A stretch of 64,000 nt of DNA from positions 32,567 through 96,566 of the forward strand of contig NVTE01000002.1 of assembly GCA_002401455.1 (NCBI GenBank), read 5' to 3'. The notes beneath the pieces were generated by a model that made no database searches, was not told where the DNA came from, and saw only the letters and a list, made by a program, of their open reading frames with translations. The stretch comes from Alphaproteobacteria bacterium (GTDB lineage Bacteria; Pseudomonadota; Alphaproteobacteria; Sphingomonadales; Emcibacteraceae). The position numbers were made by a program, and so were the translations under genes. Shown here in pieces: positions 9,569 through 19,022 of the stretch (the stretch's first letter is position 1; each line of letters begins with the position of its first letter).

Positions 9569-10615
9569 ATGACAACGCCACTCAGGAGAAATCGTTTTTT
9601 ACCTCTGTTTTTAACATGTGGAAGCCTGTTGTTATTCCCGCACACCTCCGCCGCCACAGTTGCTGACGGTGTATATGCCTACGAAAAGGGCAATTACCCC
9701 CAAGCCCGCCTGGAATGGCTGCCCTATGCCGCCTTAGGCAACCCGAACGCCCTCTATAACCTGGGTCAACTCCACCGCATGGGCCGGGGAGTAGAGACGG
9801 ATTTTGTCAAAGCCCAGTCCTATTACCAGCGGGCAGCGGAAAAAGGCCATGTGGGAGCCCAACGCAATCTGGGCACACTCTATTATTTCGGACGCATCGG
9901 TGAGACCGACCCTGCCCAGGCCCTCATATGGCTGACAAAAGCGGCCATTAACGGGGATGCCAGATCACAACTAATGGTCGGCACTATGTATTTTAATGGC
10001 GAGACGGGGCAGAAAGATACCATTCAGGCCTATGGCTGGATCATGCTAGCAGCCCAGAGTGGCCTCAGAAATGCAGCCCGCGCCCTTGAAAAACTTGATG
10101 ACACGATGACGCCGGACCAGATCAGCAAGGCCAGGAAGCTGGCCCCAGATATGATCAGCCGCCAATTATCGCCGGACGATGTGGGGCTAATGGTCAAACA
10201 ACAAGACGGGACCACCCCGAACGTCCCGGAATTGAATACCCCAAAGATACCAAAGACAGAAGAAACCAGATCAGAGGTAACACCCCCAATCGTTCAGGAT
10301 AGTCCAAAGACGCTATCGCCTCCACATTCCTCGATAACAGCAAGTAACGATGATAATTCACGGGATAATTTTCGGGTACAGCTTGGTTCTTTTCGCAGTG
10401 ATACGGCGGCCCAGAAGGCTCTGACTATGTTGGAAGGGCTACTTTCAGATGTCATCACCGATCATCAGGGAAAGATTGAACATGCTGACCTTGGGGACAA
10501 GGGTATCTTCTATCGCCTGCAATTAAGCCCATTTGAAACCAGAAGTGAGGCCAGAGGGTTATGTCAACAACTCAAAGACAAAGGCCAGAACTGTTATGTG
10601 GTGAAAGCGCCTTAG
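9569..10615 (+). CDS. Sel1-repeat protein with C-terminal SPOR domain
   Basis: Signal peptide; Sel1 repeats (ALYNLGQLHRMGRGV, AQRNLGTLYYFG); SPOR FRVQLGSF...FYRLQLSPF...LCQQLK...CYVV. Confidence 0.88.
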   Translation: MTTPLRRNRFLPLFLTCGSLLLFPHTSAATVADGVYAYEKGNYPQARLEWLPYAALGNPNALYNLGQLHRMGRGVETDFVKAQSYYQRAAEKGHVGAQRNLGTLYYFGRIGETDPAQALIWLTKAAINGDARSQLMVGTMYFNGETGQKDTIQAYGWIMLAAQSGLRNAARALEKLDDTMTPDQISKARKLAPDMISRQLSPDDVGLMVKQQDGTTPNVPELNTPKIPKTEETRSEVTPPIVQDSPKTLSPPHSSITASNDDNSRDNFRVQLGSFRSDTAAQKALTMLEGLLSDVITDHQGKIEHADLGDKGIFYRLQLSPFETRSEARGLCQQLKDKGQNCYVVKAP

Positions 10616-10617
10616 GG

Positions 10618-12453
10618 TCAGGACTTGAAAAATACCTCCACCAGACCCCGGACGCTGTTGCCCAGATATATTTTATCCGCCGATTGAAGATCGGCGGGGC
10701 TCAGGCGTTTTTCTTCCAGTTGGATGGTTGGGTCCTCCAGAAGCGACAGACGCAGGGTGCCGTTCAACAGCCCACAGGTCACGGGCGGCGTGTAAAGACT
10801 GTTGCCCTGTTTCAAAAATATATTATTAAACGTGCCCTCGGTAAGCTCCCCAGCCTCATTGAGGAAAATCACATCATAACTGCCAAATTTCTGTTGATGA
10901 CAAGCTAATTCCTCATCAAATAAAGTCCGGTCGGTCGTCTTGTGAAACAGCATGTTATTCTGACTATCGACAGGTTTATCTGAAAGTGTCACCATCTGTC
11001 CTCCCCGCTTCTGACTCAATTCAAGGGGGGTAGACATAATAGAAATTTCCCCGCTTCGGGACAGGAGAAGACGTATTTTCCACCCCTGTCTAGGGTCTAG
11101 AAACTCTCCGTGGCGGTTAAGGTCGCTGACGATGGCCTTTTCATCACAGGCAAAACCAAAATATTCGGCCGATGACGTCAACCGGTCCATATGGAGGCCA
11201 AGCAGATAAAACCCCGCCTCCTGTGACCAGCGCAGACTTTCTATCAGGTCAAATTTCTTGAAATTTCGGATGGCGAACTGGGCCTTCAGCAGACACTCAT
11301 CATATTCCTGTCCGGCATCTGAATCGGCGACGATAGCACTTCCGATACCCATTTCACCCCGGCACTTCCCCCCCTGCCCCAAACCCTTAAGAGTGATGGT
11401 CCGGATAGGAACACTGAAACAACAGTCGCCATCTGGTTCTATAAAACCGATCGCTCCGGTATAGATTCCCCTCGGCGCATTCTCCAGCTGTGAAATAATC
11501 TCCATTGCCCGGATTTTAGGAGCCCCGGTGACCGAGCCACAGGGAAACAAAGTTTTGACCAGGGTGACAACATCCACATGTTCAGGGACCTCGGCTTCAA
11601 TGGTCGAGGTCATCTGGAACAGAGTGCCATATTTCTCCACATCATACAGGCTCTTCAACTTGACCGACCCCGGAGAAGCTATTCTAGCCATATCATTGCG
11701 TAACAGGTCAACAATCATGAGATTCTCAGCCCGATTTTTTTCATCCCCTTGCATGAAGTCAGAATTTTGTCGGTCTTCCGTCTCTGTACGTCCCCGGGCA
11801 CAGGTGCCTTTCATGGGGCGGGTGATAATTTCCCGACCTGATTTTCTGAAAAAAAGTTCTGGGCTTAACGACAGGACAGAAAGCGACCCAGCCTTAATAA
11901 AGGCGCCATATTCCACCCTCTGCGCCTGTCTCAGGGCGGCAAAATAACTTGCCGCAGAACCGGTAAAATCAAACAGGGACTTTAAGGTGAAATTGACCTG
12001 ATAGATGTCACCGGCCTTCAGGTAGTCATCAATTTCAGCCACCGCGGCATCATAACGGGACCGTGGAATATTCAAGCTCGGGGTACCAAGTTCATAATCC
12101 CCTCTGTCCGCGGCAGCTGCCCAATGGTCTTCACTGTCCTCAGAACTTAACACACTGCGGTTTTTATAGACGCCAAAACACAGAAAAGGCACATCATAGG
12201 CCTCCGCTGCAAGCACGGTCAACTTATCCTCAAGATAAAGCCCGGTTTCATAACTGATCCAGCCCGCCAGATAATGGCCCTCCGCCAGAGCGCGGCGAAT
12301 ATCCTCAAAGGCGGTATCGATATCGGCTGAATTTTCCGCGACGATCATCCGGACCGGGTCCTCGAACAGATAGGCCGCTTCCCGCTGCTTCTCTGCCCGA
12401 CTGTTATCCAGATAAACCGAGAAATCCCCGCCTGGTTTCTGCGTCCTGCCCAT
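10618..12453 (-). CDS. pabB: Aminodeoxychorismate synthase component I fused to class-IV aminotransferase/ADC-lyase-like domain
   Basis: GDIYQVN, SPELF, PMKGT, ENLMIVDLLRND, FPCGSVTGAPK; C-terminal HKTT...ELTEG...GLLNGTLR. Confidence 0.9.
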   Translation of the reverse strand: MGRTQKPGGDFSVYLDNSRAEKQREAAYLFEDPVRMIVAENSADIDTAFEDIRRALAEGHYLAGWISYETGLYLEDKLTVLAAEAYDVPFLCFGVYKNRSVLSSEDSEDHWAAAADRGDYELGTPSLNIPRSRYDAAVAEIDDYLKAGDIYQVNFTLKSLFDFTGSAASYFAALRQAQRVEYGAFIKAGSLSVLSLSPELFFRKSGREIITRPMKGTCARGRTETEDRQNSDFMQGDEKNRAENLMIVDLLRNDMARIASPGSVKLKSLYDVEKYGTLFQMTSTIEAEVPEHVDVVTLVKTLFPCGSVTGAPKIRAMEIISQLENAPRGIYTGAIGFIEPDGDCCFSVPIRTITLKGLGQGGKCRGEMGIGSAIVADSDAGQEYDECLLKAQFAIRNFKKFDLIESLRWSQEAGFYLLGLHMDRLTSSAEYFGFACDEKAIVSDLNRHGEFLDPRQGWKIRLLLSRSGEISIMSTPLELSQKRGGQMVTLSDKPVDSQNNMLFHKTTDRTLFDEELACHQQKFGSYDVIFLNEAGELTEGTFNNIFLKQGNSLYTPPVTCGLLNGTLRLSLLEDPTIQLEEKRLSPADLQSADKIYLGNSVRGLVEVFFKS

Positions 12454-12477
12454 AAAGTCTATACTCTTAAATAATGC

Positions 12478-13470
12478 TTAGACTATTATCACAGCCCCGG
12501 CCTGATCGGTCAACCGGGCATTCACTTCAGGATAGTGTAAGAGACATTCTTTTATCGCCGCCACCGGCATGGCGTAAAACGCCGTGGACAGGGCGTCCGC
12601 CAGAGTCGCCTCTGGCGCGGTTACCGTAACTGATGAATACCTGTGAGCAGATTTCCCAGTCCGGGGATCAAACAAATGATGAAATTCACCGTTTCTGTCA
12701 AAACTGTCCCCCCGGCCGGCAGAAGTCGCCACCGCACCCTGTCTCAGATTCAGAATATGAGCAATTCCCCCAAAATTCAGCGGGTCCGCCAGCCCAATAC
12801 GCCACGGCGTCTGATCCGCCTGTGGCCCCAGGGCCATATATTCGCCAATATCCACCAGAACCGCTGTCAAGCCTTCGCTTTTCAGATAATCCGAGACCCG
12901 GTCCGTAACATAGCCCTGGGCGATACCGTTCAGAGTTGCTGCCATGCCCGGTTGATCGAATGAAACCTCCTGTCGAGAAATGGACATTTTCTGATAACCA
13001 ATGTGTCCCCGGATCGCCTGCAACTTCTCCTCCAAGGGTCCTTTCCCCTGATCAGCCCCAGAGAACCTTGCCTGATAGAACTGCCATAATGGTTGAACGG
13101 TAATATCAAAAGCCCCCGATGTCATCTGGCTGATCCCCTGGGCGGTCTGCAGCAGGTCAACAAATTCTGCCGGTGGGTTATGCACAACACCCTGCCGGTT
13201 CAGGGTCGACACGACCGACCTTTCCTGGTGAAGACTGAACAGGGTCTCCATGTTGTGGATAATCCGTACCGATTTTTCAATGATGCGCTGAGCTGCCTTT
13301 GCATCAGGGTGATAAAGCTGTAATGAGACTTCCGCCCCTAGGGCAAAACCCTGCCAGTGATGGAGCCGAGTTCCCAAAGTCAGAGCCATCGCCGCCTGGG
13401 GGGCTGCACAGGCCGCCAGGCTTGCCGCCATCAGTTTGATCACCCTTCTTCTTTGTTTAGATGTCGTCAT
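12478..13470 (-). CDS. apbE: FAD:protein FMN transferase (ApbE/NosX family) with Tat-like signal
   Basis: GAFDITV, LNGIAQGY, ATSAG, HHLFDPRTG, ADALSTA; N-terminal RRR + hydrophobic stretch. Confidence 0.9.
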   Translation of the reverse strand: MTTSKQRRRVIKLMAASLAACAAPQAAMALTLGTRLHHWQGFALGAEVSLQLYHPDAKAAQRIIEKSVRIIHNMETLFSLHQERSVVSTLNRQGVVHNPPAEFVDLLQTAQGISQMTSGAFDITVQPLWQFYQARFSGADQGKGPLEEKLQAIRGHIGYQKMSISRQEVSFDQPGMAATLNGIAQGYVTDRVSDYLKSEGLTAVLVDIGEYMALGPQADQTPWRIGLADPLNFGGIAHILNLRQGAVATSAGRGDSFDRNGEFHHLFDPRTGKSAHRYSSVTVTAPEATLADALSTAFYAMPVAAIKECLLHYPEVNARLTDQAGAVIIV

Positions 13471-13527
13471 TGTTCACCCGGTTCAAATTATTTGTATGAA
13501 TTTTCACCATTATTATGTTTTTGCTAT

Positions 13528-13585
13528 TGATAATGCAAATCAAAACTGATAAATACTGGATTGACGTTAATGATAATAGTTATTA
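13528..13585. promoter_or_regulatory. Two Fur-box-like sites in the divergent promoter
   Basis: TGATAAT-G-CAAATCA (13528-13542) and TGATAAT-A-GTTATTA (13571-13585) vs 7-1-7 consensus TGATAAT-N-ATTATCA. Confidence 0.6.
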
Positions 13586-13665
13586 ATAACAAGTTAAATA
13601 TATTAACAGATATATTGACCCCCTAATAAATGATGAACAGTTTAAAACTGAAACGAGGAAGTATA

Positions 13666-14940
13666 ATGACCAAGAATATTCTGAAGGCGACAGTATCCAC
13701 CATGGTTATGTGTCTGGCCTTCACGGCATCCAGCGCCATGGCCCAGGAAATGCCCACCAAAGAAGATATGTGGAAAATGATCCTGCAGCAGCAGGAACAG
13801 ATTAAAAAGCTTGAGGCTATTGTCGGTATTACCACTGAAACAGTGAACAAAACAGCCGAAAAAGTAGCTGAGAACGAGCAAAAAATTGAAGCCGCCGGCG
13901 AGGTTCTTGATCAAGTCGCGAGCACAGGTGGTTCCGGCGGTCATGGCAGCACAGGCAAAACCTCTGTCGGTGGTTATGCCGAATTGCATTATAATGGCGG
14001 CAATACAGATCAGGTTGACCTGCACCGCTTCGTTGTTTTCCTCAGCCACGAATTTTCCGACAAAATCCGTTTCTTCAGTGAAATGGAAATCGAACATTCC
14101 ATCGCCGGTCAGGGCAAAGTTGGTGAAGTTGAAATGGAACAGGCCTTTGTGGAATTTGACTTCAATGAAAATCACATGGCCAGCGTTGGCCTGCAGCTGA
14201 TCCCGGTCGGCATCATCAACGAAACCCATGAGCCCCCAACATTCTATGGTGTTGAGCGCAATGGCGTTGAGAAAAACATCATCCCTGCCACCTGGTGGGA
14301 AGCTGGTATCAAGTTCAGCGGCAACCTGAATGAAAGCTTCAGCTATGACCTGATGATGCATTCCGGCCTCGACACCACGGGCGCGGGTTATAAAATCCGC
14401 AGTGGCCGTCAAAAAGTTGGCAAGGCGCCATGGAAAAACACTGCTTTCACTGCCCGGGCCAGCTGGCATGCCATCCCCGGCATCAAAGTCGGCGCGACCT
14501 TCCAGTATCAGAGCGACATCACTCAGAGCAGTGCTGCCGACGAGAATGCCTCCGCCACCCTGTTTGAAATTCATACCGACATCAAACGTAGCGTCAGCGC
14601 CAACGGCACCATCGGTTTCCGAGCCCTGTTCGCCCAGTGGAACGTCAATGCAGACGCGGCAGAGCTGATTGGCCGGGACACCCAACGTGGCTGGTATGTT
14701 GAGCCGTCCTATAAAATCGCCCTAGATGATGACAATGCTGTTGGTTTCTTTGCCCGCTACAGCGTCTGGGATAACGAAGCTGGCGACAGTATTGACAGTG
14801 CCAACAAACAAACCGCTTTTGGCATCAACTACTGGCCACATGAAAATGTTGTCCTGAAACTGGACTACCAGATTGACAACTATGCCAATGAGTCTAAAGA
14901 AGATAATCGGATCAATCTGGGTATTGGTCTTCAATTCTAG
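13666..14940 (+). CDS. Outer-membrane beta-barrel porin with N-terminal coiled coil
   Basis: Signal peptide, QQQEQIKKLE coil, GGYAELHYN...DLHRFV...EHS...EQAF...INETHEPPTFYGVER, terminal aromatic F; RBS GAGGA before 13666. Confidence 0.8.
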   Translation: MTKNILKATVSTMVMCLAFTASSAMAQEMPTKEDMWKMILQQQEQIKKLEAIVGITTETVNKTAEKVAENEQKIEAAGEVLDQVASTGGSGGHGSTGKTSVGGYAELHYNGGNTDQVDLHRFVVFLSHEFSDKIRFFSEMEIEHSIAGQGKVGEVEMEQAFVEFDFNENHMASVGLQLIPVGIINETHEPPTFYGVERNGVEKNIIPATWWEAGIKFSGNLNESFSYDLMMHSGLDTTGAGYKIRSGRQKVGKAPWKNTAFTARASWHAIPGIKVGATFQYQSDITQSSAADENASATLFEIHTDIKRSVSANGTIGFRALFAQWNVNADAAELIGRDTQRGWYVEPSYKIALDDDNAVGFFARYSVWDNEAGDSIDSANKQTAFGINYWPHENVVLKLDYQIDNYANESKEDNRINLGIGLQF

Positions 14941-14964
14941 AAATTTTAAGGCTATAACCCCATA

Positions 14965-15516
14965 ATGCGCGCACTGACAGTTATCGTTTTCTTCCTATTG
15001 TTGTCCTCCCCGGCCCTGCTCTGGGCCAAGGGGGCACCGATCGAGGAAAGCTACCTGAAAGTCGAAGATTATATATCTGCGGCCCTGACCAGAAAGCCTG
15101 AAAAACCAGGCGTCATCTGGATCACCAAGGATATCAGGCCTGACATTCAAAAGATATTGCGGCGGAAAACCTTTCCCCTGCGTTTTCGCTACTATCGTCA
15201 CGGCCCGCGTACAGTGTGGATTCTGAACATGGTGGGCAGAACACTGCCCATCACCGTCGGCCTCACCATTGAGAACGACAATATTATCGACCTGACTGTT
15301 CTGACCTACCGGGAAAGCCGGGGGTCAGAAATTCGTTTTCCCGCTTACAGTAACCAGTTTAATAATGTGACACTCACAGAAAAACTGCGCCTGTCCAAGC
15401 CGATCCATGGCATTTCAGGTGCCACCATGTCGGCAAATGCCATGAAAAAGGCCAGCCGCCTAGCCCTCTATTTACATCACAAAGTTTTGGAAAAAGATGC
15501 CCCGCAGCCAAAATAA
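14965..15516 (+). CDS. Periplasmic FMN-binding (flavinylated) protein
   Basis: Signal peptide; YRESRGSEI; flavinylation motif ISGATMS. Confidence 0.85.
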   Translation: MRALTVIVFFLLLSSPALLWAKGAPIEESYLKVEDYISAALTRKPEKPGVIWITKDIRPDIQKILRRKTFPLRFRYYRHGPRTVWILNMVGRTLPITVGLTIENDNIIDLTVLTYRESRGSEIRFPAYSNQFNNVTLTEKLRLSKPIHGISGATMSANAMKKASRLALYLHHKVLEKDAPQPK

Positions 15517-16306
15517 CATTAAGAAAAAAACCAATGGCAAAATCCGCCAGAAGACCCTGCGCCGCTGGCATCGCTGGGTGGGGTTTACCTCCCTGTTTTT
15601 TGTCCTGATCCTGAGCATTACCGGCCTGATCCTAAACCGTACCGAAAAACTTGGCCTCACCCAGATCAGGGTCCAGAATGAGGTGGTCAGCACCCTCTAT
15701 GGCCTGTCCCCCACCACCCCGCCAATCCATTTCAAAATAAAAGGCCATTGGATGAGCTGGCTTGAAGGCCGGCTGTATCTGGATGGCGCCCTCCTGGCCC
15801 AGAATACTGACCGCCTGGTTGGCGGGGCTCTGCTGGATGATCTGACCATCGTCGGCACTGAAAACAGCCTGTCGCTCTATATGTCGGATGGCGCACTGGT
15901 GGAAACCCTGGACAGCGGCTCCCTGCCCGGCCAGATCACCGCCCTCGGCCAATCCGATACGGGGGATGTCTGGATCGACACCCCGAACGGCCGTTTCAAG
16001 GCCACCGACGACTTCATGGCCTGGGCCCCATTACCAGCCGCCCCCTCCCCGTCCTCTGACCAAACCGAACCAGCCCCCGATAAGATCTCTGAAAAGATAC
16101 TCCTGGACTTTCAGGGGCAAGGCATCACCCTGTCCCGGCTTATCCTTGACCTGCATTCCGGCCATATAATGGGTTCCTTCGGGCCTTATCTTATGGACTT
16201 GGCGGCGATAAGTCTTATATTCTTGGGGCTTACCGGGTTGATGAAACGCAGACCAGGCGACAAAAACCGCCGCAAAGACGACAAAGACAGGCGCAAGAGA
16301 AAATAA
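15497..16306 (+). CDS. PepSY-associated TM helix domain membrane protein
   Basis: RRWHRWVG...LSITGLILN and LILDLHSG...LTGL His-bearing TM motifs. Confidence 0.85.
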   Translation: MPRSQNNIKKKTNGKIRQKTLRRWHRWVGFTSLFFVLILSITGLILNRTEKLGLTQIRVQNEVVSTLYGLSPTTPPIHFKIKGHWMSWLEGRLYLDGALLAQNTDRLVGGALLDDLTIVGTENSLSLYMSDGALVETLDSGSLPGQITALGQSDTGDVWIDTPNGRFKATDDFMAWAPLPAAPSPSSDQTEPAPDKISEKILLDFQGQGITLSRLILDLHSGHIMGSFGPYLMDLAAISLIFLGLTGLMKRRPGDKNRRKDDKDRRKRK

Positions 16307-16323
16307 ATATACAAGGGGTTACC

Positions 16324-17136
16324 GTGACATTACTGCACATTATTGTACTCGCCATTGTTCAGGGCATTACCGAATTCCTGCCCATCAGTTCATCCGGGCA
16401 CCTGATCTTGGTACCGGCACTGACCGATTGGCCGGATCAGGGCCTGTTGATGGATGTGGGGGTTCATGTGGGAACCCTGCTGGCGGTTATGCTATATTTC
16501 CGCGCCGATGTCTTGCGGCTGATTCTGGCGTTCTGGCATATGATCACCCTCCGCACTAACCCCGACCAACAGGACAAACGGTTATTGATTGCCCTGATTC
16601 TGTCAACCATTCCGGTGGTTATCATTGGCGGCCTGGTATCAAAAATGGGGTGGAATGAAGGGTGGCGCACGTTAGAAGTCATTGGCTGGACCAGCATTAT
16701 CTTTGGCATCCTCCTTTATATTCTGGATGAGAAATCTACGGTCACCAAAAAACTATCTGAATTGCGGTATGGCCATGCCCTGATCATGGGATTTGCCCAG
16801 ATTCTGGCCATCATTCCTGGTGTCAGCCGATCGGGTATTACCATGACAGCTGCCCGGGGCCTGGGATTCAGCCGCACAGAAGCCGCGCGTTTTTCCATGC
16901 TGATGTCGATCCCGACCATACTGGCCGCGGGAACCCTGAAAGGCCTGGAACTGGTCAAAAGTGACGACCTTGCCCTGGGCACAGATATTTTCCTGGGAGC
17001 CGGCCTCTCTTTCTTCATGGCACTGCTAGCCATTGCCGGCCTGATGAAATGGCTAGAAAAGTCAAGCATGGCTCCTTTTGTCCTATACCGGGTGATCCTA
17101 GGAATCGGGTTACTTAGCCTTGTTTATATGGGATAA
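16324..17136 (+). CDS. uppP: Undecaprenyl-diphosphate phosphatase
   Basis: VQGITEFLPISSSGHL, PGVSRSG. Confidence 0.95.
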   Translation: MTLLHIIVLAIVQGITEFLPISSSGHLILVPALTDWPDQGLLMDVGVHVGTLLAVMLYFRADVLRLILAFWHMITLRTNPDQQDKRLLIALILSTIPVVIIGGLVSKMGWNEGWRTLEVIGWTSIIFGILLYILDEKSTVTKKLSELRYGHALIMGFAQILAIIPGVSRSGITMTAARGLGFSRTEAARFSMLMSIPTILAAGTLKGLELVKSDDLALGTDIFLGAGLSFFMALLAIAGLMKWLEKSSMAPFVLYRVILGIGLLSLVYMG

Positions 17137-17166
17137 TGACGGAATTTTACAGGGTATAACTGCCGG

Positions 17167-17625
17167 TTACCGGAAACAATGCACATAGGACAAAATGATA
17201 TCCACAGTCTTGTCGTCGCTGGACATGGGCAAGGACAACGTGGAATAAAATTTGAAATCATCCGAGGGTATGGGGAATTCACAAAGGAGATAATAGGGCT
17301 TTTTGGTAACAACCAGGTTAGTCAGCCGCTTTATGATATCACCGGCAAATGACACCGTGTCCAGCTCCAGACTTGTCCCTTCGCGTTGAAACGCCCGGAC
17401 CAGGTCAGTGCCAAACAAACGAACCTTAAACGTCGGCTCAGCACTCCCCATAACATCCGCCATCCAGATGCAGGGTAACAGACGGGGAATTTCAGAAGGA
17501 TCCAGATCATTCCGGCTCGGCATCAAATAATCGCCTTTCATCTTCAGCCAGTATGTTAACAAGTCTCTCTGGTAATCAGATGTAAACTCTGATGATTTTA
17601 GTCCTGTTATTTCACAATCCCTCAT
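17167..17625 (-). CDS. PAS-like domain protein (PAS_5 type)
   Basis: LLTYW...PSRNDLDPSEIPRLLP...FKVRLFGT...LPMSSD pattern. Confidence 0.75.
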   Translation of the reverse strand: MRDCEITGLKSSEFTSDYQRDLLTYWLKMKGDYLMPSRNDLDPSEIPRLLPCIWMADVMGSAEPTFKVRLFGTDLVRAFQREGTSLELDTVSFAGDIIKRLTNLVVTKKPYYLLCEFPIPSDDFKFYSTLSLPMSSDDKTVDIILSYVHCFR

Positions 17626-17894
17626 TTTATTGCCCCTACACGTGTATTGTAATTATAACGCTCTACTTATATATAGTAAAATATTCGCCTCCCGTAAATA
17701 TTTAATTTTTGCTGGTATATGGAGCATGACTTAAAATAGGAATAACCAGAACCCGCTCTTTTTAAGGGTTCTTCCCTTCTCAGGCTACTTTTTTGAAGAA
17801 AAAATCACCAGAAGGAGTTTTTTCACTTTCCCTTAAATACTCTTTGGGATAAAAGACAGTGAACGGTTACGAAAATAAACCTCAGGTAAAAAAC

Positions 17895-18182
17895 ATGACG
17901 GCTCGTATTTATTGCCCAACTAAAAATGCTATGCAATCTGGTATGAAGAACACCCACCAGTGGGTTTTGGAATATATCGCGGAAAAAGGCAAAAACCTTG
18001 ACCCGTTGATGGGCTGGACGGGCTCATCGGACATGGATGGTCAGATCCGCCTAAAGTTTGCCTCAAAGAATGATGCGGTCTCTTATGCCAAAAGGAACAG
18101 CATTGCTTTTGAAGTGACCGAACCCAAAACAAGAAAAGTAAAAATTAAAGCCTATGCGGATGTCTTCGCTTATCGGGGATAA
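17895..18182 (+). CDS. ETC complex I subunit (NDUFS4-like)
   Basis: ARIYCPTKNAMQSG...WVLEY...DPLMGWTGSSDM..QIRLKF. Confidence 0.92.
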   Translation: MTARIYCPTKNAMQSGMKNTHQWVLEYIAEKGKNLDPLMGWTGSSDMDGQIRLKFASKNDAVSYAKRNSIAFEVTEPKTRKVKIKAYADVFAYRG

Positions 18183-18204
18183 TTACTGAATAATTTTGTC
18201 ATGT

Positions 18205-18281
<77 letters not shown>

Positions 18282-18666
18282 ATCATTTCAATGACTTAGC
18301 TCTAATTTTATTCCCTTAGAATCTAAGAAAATCCCTCTAGGTCACAAATAGGTCGCAGAGCCTGCGCTTCCCCCACCCATAATGCCTGGAATAAAATTTG
18401 AGGGAAAAGCCATCTTCGATTCGTTTTAGATCCCCTGCGCCAATAAAGCCGTATATACCCCCTGAGCCTGACCTTTAAATGAGAGGCATGAGCGACCAAG
18501 TCCACCTTCAGTACAGGATGAGAGGCCCAACCGACTTCCGTCGCAGGTCATGTTCAGCATATATATGCATCCCGAGAAATGAGTGTTATTACTGCTATTG
18601 TTTATGGCACCCGTCGCTCAGGATGTTCCCTTTATTGTTTAAGTCAATTCAAACAGGGTAAAAGCC

Positions 18667-18957
18667 ATGGACATCACTGAAACCTGGGTAAACCGGGGTA
18701 ATTACCGCGAGACAAAGATTATGACCCAGCCCGTCAGCCCTCTGTCGGACGGCGAGATTCTGGTAGCTATCAACAAATATGCCATGCTGGGCTTTCAAAA
18801 AGAAAAAACTTTTCAGAAATCCACCTCAACTCATGTGCAAATATACACCCATATTAACGGAGAACAGCACCTTGTAAACAGACAGACATTTAAGGAATTT
18901 CGGCCCGCTGCGATAGCTGAATGGCGCTCTATCATTGCAAAAATAATTTGGCCTTAA
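18667..18957 (+). pseudogene. Probable truncated fragment of a DUF2855-like gene
   Basis: First ~40 aa (WVNRGNYRETKI...PLSDGEILVAINKYA) resemble DUF2855 N-termini as recalled; the rest is unrecognisable and the ORF is short. Confidence 0.4.
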
Positions 18958-19022
18958 ATGCCTTTTTAACCAACTTCAGTTTACTTTGACAAAACCCGGA
19001 ATAGAGTAGCCACATCACACCT

